Shown here piece by piece: positions 21,071 through 29,612 of a stretch of DNA of 64,000 nt. How positions within the stretch are numbered: the first letter of the stretch is position 1; each line of letters begins with the position of its first letter. Source of the DNA: an uncultured cyanobacterium (GTDB taxonomy: Bacteria; Cyanobacteriota; Cyanobacteriia; PCC-6307; Cyanobiaceae). The notes beneath the pieces were generated by a model. That model was not told the DNA's origin, searched no databases, and saw only the letters and a program-made list of their open reading frames with translations. The position numbers and the translations under genes were made by a program. Location: NCBI GenBank assembly GCA_963697335.1, contig CAVONQ010000007.1, positions 128,001 to 192,000 of the forward strand, read 5' to 3'.

Positions 21071-21871
21071 TCACATGGACTGCTCCTCATCAGCCAGCAA
21101 CAGGGTTTCATTATTTCCGTAGATAAAGAAACCAAGCCCTACCAAAAAGACCGTTGAGCCAATCAGATAGGAAGCAGAAACACCAGGTATCGGATAGTCG
21201 TGGTTGAACGAGTGTCGCAACAATTCAATTCCATGGGCCAACGGGTTCCACAGGATCCAGCCTCGAAAAATATTAGGGATTGTGCTGATTGAGAAGAAGA
21301 TGCAAGACGTGAATAACAACAGGCGACGCACAGCTGTCCTGGCGATGCTGGCCACAAACGGCAACCGATGCCCCACGATCAGGGTGACGAGGCCAACACC
21401 AAAAGCAAGCAGCGAAAGCATGATGAAGTAAAAAACAGCAAGCCCGGGCTCTTCTACAATTGGCTTCCATTCATAAAGGAATGACCCAAGCACAAAAGCA
21501 AGCAGAAGTAGCGAAAAGACTTGAGTATCAAGAACCGCAGAGCCCAGAAGGTAATCGATCGGACGTATTCTGCTGTAATAAGTTAGCTTTATGCTTTTCT
21601 TCACTCCTCCCAGGGCTTTCAGTGCTACTTCCGAGAACATGAAGAAGCCAACAAAGCCAATGGCCATCCACAACACTGGGTTGATGTAATCAGGCTGCAG
21701 GCTTGCCTGACTCCCAAAAAGGCGAAATGACATGAAGATAGCGATGAAGAAGAGCGGTTCTACAAACACACCCACAACACCCATCGGGCCCTTCGCTGAA
21801 CGCATTTGCAGCTCTCGCTTGGCAATAGCATTAACAATCCGCACCTGGAGCAGTAGCTTCTGAATAATCAT
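21071..21871 (-). CDS. kpsM: capsule ABC-2 exporter permease, KpsM family
   Basis: About 6 TM helices; RELQMR, EPL and WNPLAHGIELLR. Confidence 0.88.
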   Translation of the reverse strand: MIIQKLLLQVRIVNAIAKRELQMRSAKGPMGVVGVFVEPLFFIAIFMSFRLFGSQASLQPDYINPVLWMAIGFVGFFMFSEVALKALGGVKKSIKLTYYSRIRPIDYLLGSAVLDTQVFSLLLLAFVLGSFLYEWKPIVEEPGLAVFYFIMLSLLAFGVGLVTLIVGHRLPFVASIARTAVRRLLLFTSCIFFSISTIPNIFRGWILWNPLAHGIELLRHSFNHDYPIPGVSASYLIGSTVFLVGLGFFIYGNNETLLLADEEQSM

Positions 21872-21874
21872 GAC

Positions 21875-22795
21875 TCAGCCTTCGCCCCACATAGAGGGCT
21901 GCACGTTCCGAGGCTGTCTTTGAGGCTGTGATGCACCAAAGACTGGCACCTCAAGCAGTTCATCCATCGTCCCCTGCAGATCTTCTTCAACATCTGAATG
22001 TTGCCTGAAGTGCCGGGACAAGGATCTTTCCTTACGGGCTGCCTTGATTTCTTTTGCCAATTGAGCGCAATCATCGAGCGATCCTCGGTTAATTATTGCC
22101 CCATCCTTAAGCACGATTCCTTCGTTGCAATAGTCCAGCGCAAAGCTTTGTGAATGAGAGGCCTCTGCGATCAAAGTTCGCCCCTCTAGGCGCCGATCAA
22201 CGAGGCGCTTAACCTGATTCATGAACGGAACGTCAACGCGACAATTCCATCCATCCCATCGCATCACGGGGTACACGTTAAACTGAAAGGCCAAGGACAA
22301 TGCCAGCTTGAGCCGGTCTTTCATGCCCGCCGTATACTTTTCAAGGGGCTCATCGAAAGAAGAGCCAAGATCACATAGCTTTCTAATGAAATCGACTTCT
22401 CGCTCATCATCTTCATAGACACCATAAATTGAAACGAGAAATTCAGTATTGGCTCGGCCCGTGAGTACAGGCATCAGGGGCATCCTGGAGCCGATCAACC
22501 AGGAAGCCGAACCACCCACCAGAAGTTCGCCGCTGTTGATCATTTCATGACCCGCCAGACAGCTCAAGAAGGCACGGCTGGTCTCCACAGAAGAAGAGAA
22601 CAGTGCAATTTTACTTCCAGCGTTGATGGTGAGGGAGAGATTGTCCAGCACCGTCAGCGTGCGGCTGCCCCCAAGCGACACCCGCTTGGTGACCTGGTCA
22701 AAGACCACAGTCCCCCGCTCAAGATCAGCAGGGTTTCTCGTTGGCAGGAGCCGCGTTGGCGTGAGGCGCGAGCTCGCCACGGTCCATCCAGGCAA
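21875..22795 (-). CDS. kpsT: KpsT-like ABC nucleotide-binding subunit with degenerate Walker A/B (alternative start GTG 22708)
   Basis: Collinear with KpsT: SW.IG, LTGRAN, LG..FDEPLEKYTAGM..RL..ALSLAF.F, SH and YC...IVL..G. Walker A reads FSSSVETSR. Confidence 0.8.
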   Translation of the reverse strand: MPGWTVASSRLTPTRLLPTRNPADLERGTVVFDQVTKRVSLGGSRTLTVLDNLSLTINAGSKIALFSSSVETSRAFLSCLAGHEMINSGELLVGGSASWLIGSRMPLMPVLTGRANTEFLVSIYGVYEDDEREVDFIRKLCDLGSSFDEPLEKYTAGMKDRLKLALSLAFQFNVYPVMRWDGWNCRVDVPFMNQVKRLVDRRLEGRTLIAEASHSQSFALDYCNEGIVLKDGAIINRGSLDDCAQLAKEIKAARKERSLSRHFRQHSDVEEDLQGTMDELLEVPVFGASQPQRQPRNVQPSMWGEG

Positions 22796-23336
22796 TGGCG
22801 CTCAATGGTAGCCGCCGCTGGCAGCGAGATTCAAGCCTTGACAAGCAGGCCAGCAGAGCCTGCCGGCCCAGCAGCACGAACAACGGCCTGGGCAGCCAGC
22901 CCGTCAGCGGCCCTGGTTGCAGCTCAAGGGCCGCGGTGGCGAAGGCCAGCAGCATTGCATTCTCGGCCCGCAGGCAGGCCTCCAGTTGGAGGCTCACCCC
23001 CTGCCCGCTGCCAGAGGCAGGAAGCCCTTGAAGGTGACAGTCAACAAGCTGGATCTGCAAGCTGTCACCACTCCAGGTGGCGTGAAACCAGAACTGGGGC
23101 TGCAGCTGCCAGGGGCCAACCGCAATGGCCCGCGAACGGTATTGAAAACGCCCTGGTGAGACTCGCCGCAGTCGCTGTCGGCTGAGCAGGGCCGCCAGCA
23201 CCCTGCCTGGATGGCTCAGGTAGGACCGCAGGAGATCGTCATCTCCCGGAGCGCTGTGCTGGCCCAGGGGTGTCGCGCCGCTGACCTCGACGGAGCATTG
23301 CCGCGACTCGCTCAGCCTGAGCAGCTCACGAGTCAT
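22725..23336 (-). CDS. DUF1997-like protein
   Basis: YL..P.RV..ALL pattern; ATGA-coupled to the helicase. Confidence 0.65.
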   Translation of the reverse strand: MTRELLRLSESRQCSVEVSGATPLGQHSAPGDDDLLRSYLSHPGRVLAALLSRQRLRRVSPGRFQYRSRAIAVGPWQLQPQFWFHATWSGDSLQIQLVDCHLQGLPASGSGQGVSLQLEACLRAENAMLLAFATAALELQPGPLTGWLPRPLFVLLGRQALLACLSRLESRCQRRLPLSAIAWMDRGELAPHANAAPANEKPC

Positions 23337-26053
23337 GGACGGGAGGGGAGAAGGTCCTCAAGCTCACAGACCGGGAAGCGATTGATGGCCTTCAAGGCGG
23401 TCCGGGAGTTATCCCGCAACTGCTGGCTCACGGCCACCCCATAGGGAATCTGGGCCAACAGATCAACGGTGCGGCGCAGAACCCGCACCACATCACCCTC
23501 ATCCAGTGAGGTGTTGGCCATCAGATCGGCCCAGGAGGTTCCAGACGCCCAGGCATGCACCAGACCAGTGAGCTCCGGCTCCCACCAGATCGGAACCACA
23601 ACCCGGGCCTGCTCCTGTTGACGGCCAAGCTCGCGCCGCAGACCACGCAGGCTGTGGAGCGCCTCCTCCACGGCCGGCGGTGGGGCCCAGGAGCACCACA
23701 GGTCAGGACGGTTGACCTCCGTGGAGATGGCCTCGAGGGCGGCGGCCAGTTCTGCCGGCTTGAGTTCGTCGCAGTGGCCACTCATCAGGGCCAGGCCCAG
23801 CCAGAGTTCATTGTCGCCGCGCAGAGCAGCCACGGTGAGTCCCACCTCGGTGGGCTGCAGGCCATCGGTGCCGGCCAGTGCACCGAAGAAGCGAAGAATC
23901 TCGATGAGCGCCAGGAACGTATCCCAATGGCGGTTGGAACGGAAGTGGAGCAACCTCTGACGCTCCACGATTTCCTCGTTCAGTTCTTCCATGCGACGGC
24001 GATGGCGCTTGAGCTGCTTGCGATCGCCCCAGCGGTGGGCCCCATGGGCGGCCAGGGAGCTCTCCAGGGAATCAACGAGCTCAGCCTGGCTGCGCACCTC
24101 GGCGGCCAGGTCGTAGTGGGGTGTGGTCATGTCATGCCGACGGGCCATCGAGCCCACGGCCAGGGCCAGACCACCGCTGAGCTGATCGCCATGGCGAATC
24201 TCACCGGCATGGGCGAGCTGAGGGGCTTCAAGGTCGCTCACCTGGAGACAGCTCAGTTCGGCATGCAGGCAGACAACGGCGCTGCAGGGCACCAGGATCC
24301 AGACGTTGTCATCCGTCAAGCAGAGCAACAGGGGGAACTGGCCCGGCCCCGGCGCTTTGCGCACAATCACAGCCGGGGTGACACGGCCTCGAAGCGGTGG
24401 TGCCTTCAGACTGACCAGGGTGCCCTCGCTGGCGAACTGCAGCGCTGCCGTGAGTTCATGGACCAGCGTCTCTTCAGCCTGGCGTTGCAAGGTGCGCAGC
24501 AGACGCCGTTCTTCCCTGAGCCTGCCCCGCTGCTTCTCGTAGTCCTCAAAAGCTTCCCAGGGCACATCGTCGGCGTTGACTTCCAGGGCACTGAGCTGCA
24601 ACGTGAGCTCGTTGATGCGGGCCTCATCCTCCACCAGATCAAGCGTGGCGAGATAGCGGCCGAAACTACGTTCCACCAATTCCTTGGCCTTGGCCAGGTC
24701 ATAGCGCTGCAACAGGTTCAGGACCATGCCGTAGCTGGGGGTGAATTGGCTGACCAGGGGATCGGCGGGTGCGGTGGCCAGCTGACCCGCCTCGCGAACG
24801 CCCTCATAGCGGCTCTGTACCGTCACGACATAGCCCTGGGTGTCCAGGCCGCGACGCCCGGCCCGCCCCGCCATCTGAAGGAACTCACTGCCTGTGAGTG
24901 AACGATGGCCTCGCTCTGTACGCTTGGAAAGTGCAGACACCACCGTGGTTCGTGCTGGCATGTTGATGCCCGCCGCCAAGGTTTCCGTGGCAAAGACCAC
25001 CTTGATCAAGCCCTGCTGAAACAGAGCCTCAATCAATTCTTTCCAGGCTGGAAGCACTCCGGCATGGTGCGAAGCGATGCCCCGCAAGAGCGGCTCGGCA
25101 TAGCCCTCACGAACAGCTTCGGGGCTGGATGCAGAGAATGAATCCAGTTGCTGCTGAATGCACAGGCGCTCATCGGCTGAAACAAGAGTCAGCTTGGCCA
25201 GATCGCGTACACCCTTGTCGCAGCCTCGTCGACTGAAAATAAAGTAGATGGCAGGCAGCATGTCCCGCTCGGCCAATTTCTGCACCACAAAAGCCATCGG
25301 TGCAGGCTCCGGCTGCGGCGGTCTGGCGGCACCAGGGCCCTTGCGCCGCGCCCCCTTTGGCGCGCGCCAGACCTTGCTGTTCGGGTGCAGATCCGTACCG
25401 GCATCATTGAGCAACGGATGGAGGCCCTTGGCGCTGCAGAAGCTGAAGCTCAACGGCACAGGGCGATGCGTACTGACCACCAGCTGGGTGGGACCGTGCA
25501 CGCGGCAGAGCCAGTCGGTGAGTTGATCAGCATTGGCCACGGTGGCTGACAAGGCCACAAGCTGAATGGGGGGAGGGCAGTGAATGATGGACTCCTCCCA
25601 GACCGTTCCTCGCTGAGTGTCATTCATATAATGACACTCATCCAGGACAACTGCTTCCACGTTAAGGAGTGGATCATCATTAGGATTATCGATTTCAGCA
25701 TAAAGCATGTTGCGGAAAATCTCGGTTGTCATCACAACAACCGGCGCATCCCGATTGAGGCTGAGATCACCGGTGAGCAGGCCAACCTGATCATCCCCAA
25801 ACTGGAGTTTGAAATCCCTTAGCTTTTGGTTTGAAAGGGCCTTCAAGGGAGTGGTATAGAACACTCGATGTCCGTGGGAGAGTGCCCGGTGAATGGCATA
25901 TTCTCCAATCAGTGTTTTACCGCTTCCAGTGGGCGCACTGACAACAACAGAAAGCCCATTATTTAAGGCTTCAACTGCGGCCACCTGGAAATCATCCAGA
26001 ACAAGACCATCGCTGAATGCGCCCAAAGGTCCTGCGTTCAAGGCAAACCGCAA
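23333..26053 (-). CDS. helY: Ski2-like DEAD/DEAH-box RNA helicase (HelY)
   Basis: APTGSGKT, TPLKALSNQK, DECH, LSAT, ATETLAAGINMPA, QMAGRAGRRG and a DSHCT-type tail (DEGDVVR). Confidence 0.93.
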   Translation of the reverse strand: MRFALNAGPLGAFSDGLVLDDFQVAAVEALNNGLSVVVSAPTGSGKTLIGEYAIHRALSHGHRVFYTTPLKALSNQKLRDFKLQFGDDQVGLLTGDLSLNRDAPVVVMTTEIFRNMLYAEIDNPNDDPLLNVEAVVLDECHYMNDTQRGTVWEESIIHCPPPIQLVALSATVANADQLTDWLCRVHGPTQLVVSTHRPVPLSFSFCSAKGLHPLLNDAGTDLHPNSKVWRAPKGARRKGPGAARPPQPEPAPMAFVVQKLAERDMLPAIYFIFSRRGCDKGVRDLAKLTLVSADERLCIQQQLDSFSASSPEAVREGYAEPLLRGIASHHAGVLPAWKELIEALFQQGLIKVVFATETLAAGINMPARTTVVSALSKRTERGHRSLTGSEFLQMAGRAGRRGLDTQGYVVTVQSRYEGVREAGQLATAPADPLVSQFTPSYGMVLNLLQRYDLAKAKELVERSFGRYLATLDLVEDEARINELTLQLSALEVNADDVPWEAFEDYEKQRGRLREERRLLRTLQRQAEETLVHELTAALQFASEGTLVSLKAPPLRGRVTPAVIVRKAPGPGQFPLLLCLTDDNVWILVPCSAVVCLHAELSCLQVSDLEAPQLAHAGEIRHGDQLSGGLALAVGSMARRHDMTTPHYDLAAEVRSQAELVDSLESSLAAHGAHRWGDRKQLKRHRRRMEELNEEIVERQRLLHFRSNRHWDTFLALIEILRFFGALAGTDGLQPTEVGLTVAALRGDNELWLGLALMSGHCDELKPAELAAALEAISTEVNRPDLWCSWAPPPAVEEALHSLRGLRRELGRQQEQARVVVPIWWEPELTGLVHAWASGTSWADLMANTSLDEGDVVRVLRRTVDLLAQIPYGVAVSQQLRDNSRTALKAINRFPVCELEDLLPSRP

Positions 26054-26116
26054 TCAATGCTCATCTATCCTAACCGATTCGTTGCCTGGGCCCATGGGGG
26101 TGCAAAGAAGTCCACA

Positions 26117-27247
26117 TCAATCCACCCAAGCCACAGCTTGGTGGCCATCAACCTGGCTAGCAAAATAGTAGATTGTTCGCTCGATTGCGTGGCCAATATA
26201 GCGTCCGCAAAATCTTGTACCGCCAGGAGACATCTGCCCGTAGTCCACTTCTCCCAGCCTGGAGAAGTATCTACAGGCAAAATCTGCATCCATCGCGAAC
26301 ATTGATCCCATGCAGAAGAAGTCGCCCTGGGCAGCATCTACAGACAAGCCAAGACGCTCAAGGCAGTCATGAATCATGTTCCTATTGACTCCAAAACCCG
26401 TTTGCTTGCAAAGAGAACTAGCGACAACCGAACAATTGCCAGTAGAAAGCAGCTCAGCGGTATCAAAAACTTTTGAATAGGAGCCGCAGATAGGCTGAAG
26501 GGCTTCATCTGTCCAGGCAACACCACCATCGAGGCCAAGGTTGGTCGATTTCTTGGTTTGAATCTTATAGATCACACCAGTCTTCAAGAGCAGGCCTTGC
26601 TGGAATGCCAAATGGAATGACGACCAGTCTTCCCCATAATTAGTCATTCGATACCATTCATGCTCAGAGCAACCCGTAGAGAGTGACTTCAGGAAGTCAT
26701 CCATCACTGAATCTTGGATTTGATCATTCACAACCAAGACAAGTATCTTCGCCCCAAGACGAGCCAGGGTTCGCAGATAGAGATGCAAACCGCAAAGAAT
26801 ATCGTAATAGTAACAGTGAACGACAACTTGAATGGCGACATCAGGGCCGATCCGATTTAGCTTTGATTGCGCTGCAAAGCGTCTATCCAGCAAGGTCGCA
26901 GACTTTGAGGTTTGCCTTGGCTCATACATCCCATTTTCCAGATAATGCTTGACAACATCTAGAGGACCCATGGAGTGCAGATCTTCGTTCAGATCTCGAT
27001 AGTCTCTCCAGTTAAAAAATGCAGCAATCTTTTTTGCATCCCTTGCAAATTTGGAGCCTGAAAGCCTGGCCTCAAGAAATGCTGAGGCTGATGGGAAGAC
27101 ATTTTGATCACCAAGGCGCGATCGAAAGTGCTGATAGGCAGCTTCAGCATCCAGCGACTGTACATCTTTTGAGCACGTCGAAAGATAAAACTGAGCATCA
27201 AAGTCAGATGGCAGCCATGGGCGGGCATGGCCTGAGTTAGATCTCAT
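26117..27247 (-). CDS. rhamnan synthesis F (RgpF)-like protein
   Basis: VVHCYYYD, NYGED, KIQTKKS, GSMF and HAIER motifs; lower GC. Confidence 0.72.
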   Translation of the reverse strand: MRSNSGHARPWLPSDFDAQFYLSTCSKDVQSLDAEAAYQHFRSRLGDQNVFPSASAFLEARLSGSKFARDAKKIAAFFNWRDYRDLNEDLHSMGPLDVVKHYLENGMYEPRQTSKSATLLDRRFAAQSKLNRIGPDVAIQVVVHCYYYDILCGLHLYLRTLARLGAKILVLVVNDQIQDSVMDDFLKSLSTGCSEHEWYRMTNYGEDWSSFHLAFQQGLLLKTGVIYKIQTKKSTNLGLDGGVAWTDEALQPICGSYSKVFDTAELLSTGNCSVVASSLCKQTGFGVNRNMIHDCLERLGLSVDAAQGDFFCMGSMFAMDADFACRYFSRLGEVDYGQMSPGGTRFCGRYIGHAIERTIYYFASQVDGHQAVAWVD

Positions 27248-27254
27248 GCTCCAC

Positions 27255-28388
27255 TCATTGCTTACTAGCTTTTACGGATGGTGCATGAATCATCTCTGGA
27301 AGTTGATTTAAGTCTGACCATTCGGGAATCTCTAGGGCCAGTAAACTGAGCAGCGGCATCAGCAATGCACACACTGAAGGAGCGTGGATAGAGCGCGTTT
27401 CGCTTAGCTCTAAAACCTCACGCTTGAGAAAAAGGAAACCTCGCGACATCAGCAAAGCCCAGCAGGCCTGCGACGGGTTGTATTGCAGACCTGCCTTGGG
27501 GATCCACTCAGACGAAAAGTCATTAATCAATAATTTAATATTATTTGCACAGACTAATCCGTCGTCACCTTCGAGAAGACGTGCCATTTTACGTGAAAGC
27601 AACTTCATCTCTTCAAACGCAGCCACATCAGGAAGGCCATGATTAAATAGCAAGGATCTGATCAGAAAGCCTTGGGAAATGGCAAATTTCGTCAGCTTCA
27701 GTTCTCCATTTTTGATTGCATAGGTGCGCGACGTTTCTTTCGTTGAGCTCAGGCCACGAAGATAGTCACCAAGAAACCTGCCAAAGGTTTTCGCCTCAAA
27801 CATGCGTTGTGACATGCTGAAGAAGAATGTCTGAATATGAAACGTGCGATCCTCATAGGAGCTTGTGATTCCAACCAGATCAGCCTCATCGGGAGGATCT
27901 ACCAAAGTGTCAAGGAAAGGGTCGCCATGGAAACCATGACTGGCGACGTTTAGCATGCTACTATTAATCACAACATAACGCTTAGAGCCAAATAGTCCGT
28001 GCTCCATTAAAACTTTTCGGGCCGTCGCAATTGAACCGAAGTCATAACCACTATTATCTCTCTGAATGACTGTTAGGGCCATCGAAGCAAGCTTTTCAGA
28101 CCAAAAGTCCGATAGCTTTGTCGACACCAATACCACTCGATAGCCGCATTCGATGGCGGAGGAAATAACTTTCAGATATCCCCCAGAAATCAATCCTCTG
28201 TGATGATAGTGAATAAACAGCACCGTGACCGTTGACAAGGATGCGGCACACTTGTCAAGGCCAATAACCTTGGATTCAGCAACCTGTTCGCCTTGCCGAA
28301 AACCCTTGCTACCGCTACGACCCCGAAAACCCAAGCGTAGCGCCAGTCCCTTGTAGAGCTTATGAATTACATTGAACGGTCTACGCAT
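27255..28388 (-). CDS. rhamnan synthesis F (RgpF)-like protein
   Basis: RDNSGYDFG, INSS, HIQTFF, GELKLT and FLKRE. Start set at ATG 28388 (ORF extends to 28451). Confidence 0.72.
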   Translation of the reverse strand: MRRPFNVIHKLYKGLALRLGFRGRSGSKGFRQGEQVAESKVIGLDKCAASLSTVTVLFIHYHHRGLISGGYLKVISSAIECGYRVVLVSTKLSDFWSEKLASMALTVIQRDNSGYDFGSIATARKVLMEHGLFGSKRYVVINSSMLNVASHGFHGDPFLDTLVDPPDEADLVGITSSYEDRTFHIQTFFFSMSQRMFEAKTFGRFLGDYLRGLSSTKETSRTYAIKNGELKLTKFAISQGFLIRSLLFNHGLPDVAAFEEMKLLSRKMARLLEGDDGLVCANNIKLLINDFSSEWIPKAGLQYNPSQACWALLMSRGFLFLKREVLELSETRSIHAPSVCALLMPLLSLLALEIPEWSDLNQLPEMIHAPSVKASKQ

Positions 28389-28587
28389 TGAGCCTAGGAG
28401 GAAGGTCTGGGATAGGCACAGGCTTGGCCTAAGTGGTCTTTGGCCACACAAATTTTACCACTCATCCAGCCAGGGAGCACTTGCATCGACTTTGCCAGGG
28501 TCACGACATCGTCCACGTGATTAGCATTGTCCTGCTTGCCATCCCGTTGGCTGTCAATCAGTTGCACCAAAGGGATCAACTTGCGAC

Positions 28588-28605
28588 AAGGCATTGGAAT
28601 GCCTT
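28588..28605. terminator. short inverted repeat downstream of the BASS transporter gene, possible terminator
   Basis: AAGGCATT-GG-AATGCCTT; no clear U-tract. Confidence 0.3.
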
Positions 28606-28634
28606 CCTTGATCTGCGCTGCCCTGGGCTGATCA

Positions 28635-29570
28635 TCAATCGGCACAACTGCCTGTCCTGCATCGCGTCTTGCGCCAGATCACTGCAAGCACACTGCCAAG
28701 CACGGCATGGACCACAGCTGAAATCGCACCGGGCAGGGCCGTGAGCGGTGAGATGGCGAAGCCGGAGCGAGCCAGCACAACAGCTAATCCAGAGTTCTGC
28801 ATCCCCACTTCGAGGCTGACCGTGCGCCTCACCCCTTGCGGCTGCCGCAGCAACGTCGGAATCAACCAGCCCAGCAGGAAACCGCCGGCATGGAGCAGGA
28901 GCGTGGCCAGCAGCAGAAGGCGTCCCTGTTCCAGCAGTGCCTCGCGCTGGCTGCCCACGATACTGGCCACGATCAGCACGATCGCCAGCACCGCCAGGGG
29001 CGGCATGACCGGGGCGATCCGCCTGGCCAGCTGGGGCCTCAACCGCTTGAGCAGCAGGCCCAGGCCCACCGGTAGCAGCACCACCTGCAGCACATCGAGC
29101 AACAACCTCCAACCGTCCACCGGCACGTAGCGACCGGCCAATCCGCTGGTGAGCAGCGGCGTGAGCACCACGGCCAGCAGGGTGCTGACGGTGGTCATCA
29201 CCACCGAGAGGGCCACGTCGGCCCGAGCGATCAGGGCCACCACATTGCTGGCGGTGCCGCCAGGGCAGCAACCCACCAGGATCAATCCCACCGCGAGGGC
29301 GGGCTGGAGCTGCAACCACCAGGCCACCAGGGCGGCCAGCAGGGGCATCACCAGGAACTGGGCCGCCACGCCGATCAGGGCCGGCAGTGGCCGGAGCAGC
29401 ACCCGTCGGAAATCGGCGGGCTGCAGATCCAGGCCCATGCCCAGCATGATCAGGGCCAGGGCTGCCACGATCCAGCCACCCTGCAGCCAGGTAAACAGCC
29501 CTGGGAGCGGGACGGCCAACAGCACCGCCAGCAGGGTCCAGACGGGAAACAGGACGGTGAAACGCTCCAG
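28635..29570 (-). CDS. bile acid:sodium symporter (BASS) family transporter; start uncertain
   Basis: IMLGMGL, QFLVMP, GCCPGGTASNV and EVGMQNSGLA. The 817-aa ORF-track version is an antisense extension over bioF. Confidence 0.9.
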   Translation of the reverse strand: MERFTVLFPVWTLLAVLLAVPLPGLFTWLQGGWIVAALALIMLGMGLDLQPADFRRVLLRPLPALIGVAAQFLVMPLLAALVAWWLQLQPALAVGLILVGCCPGGTASNVVALIARADVALSVVMTTVSTLLAVVLTPLLTSGLAGRYVPVDGWRLLLDVLQVVLLPVGLGLLLKRLRPQLARRIAPVMPPLAVLAIVLIVASIVGSQREALLEQGRLLLLATLLLHAGGFLLGWLIPTLLRQPQGVRRTVSLEVGMQNSGLAVVLARSGFAISPLTALPGAISAVVHAVLGSVLAVIWRKTRCRTGSCAD

Positions 29571-29612
29571 AGGAAGGCCGGAACAGTGATGTCGGAACCT
29601 TAATCTGCAGAA

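Noticed and set aside
28394..28744. Short ORFs (83 aa minus, 103 aa plus) between the RgpF-like gene and BASS
   Set aside because: No motifs or codon bias, and they overlap neighbours; probably intergenic.
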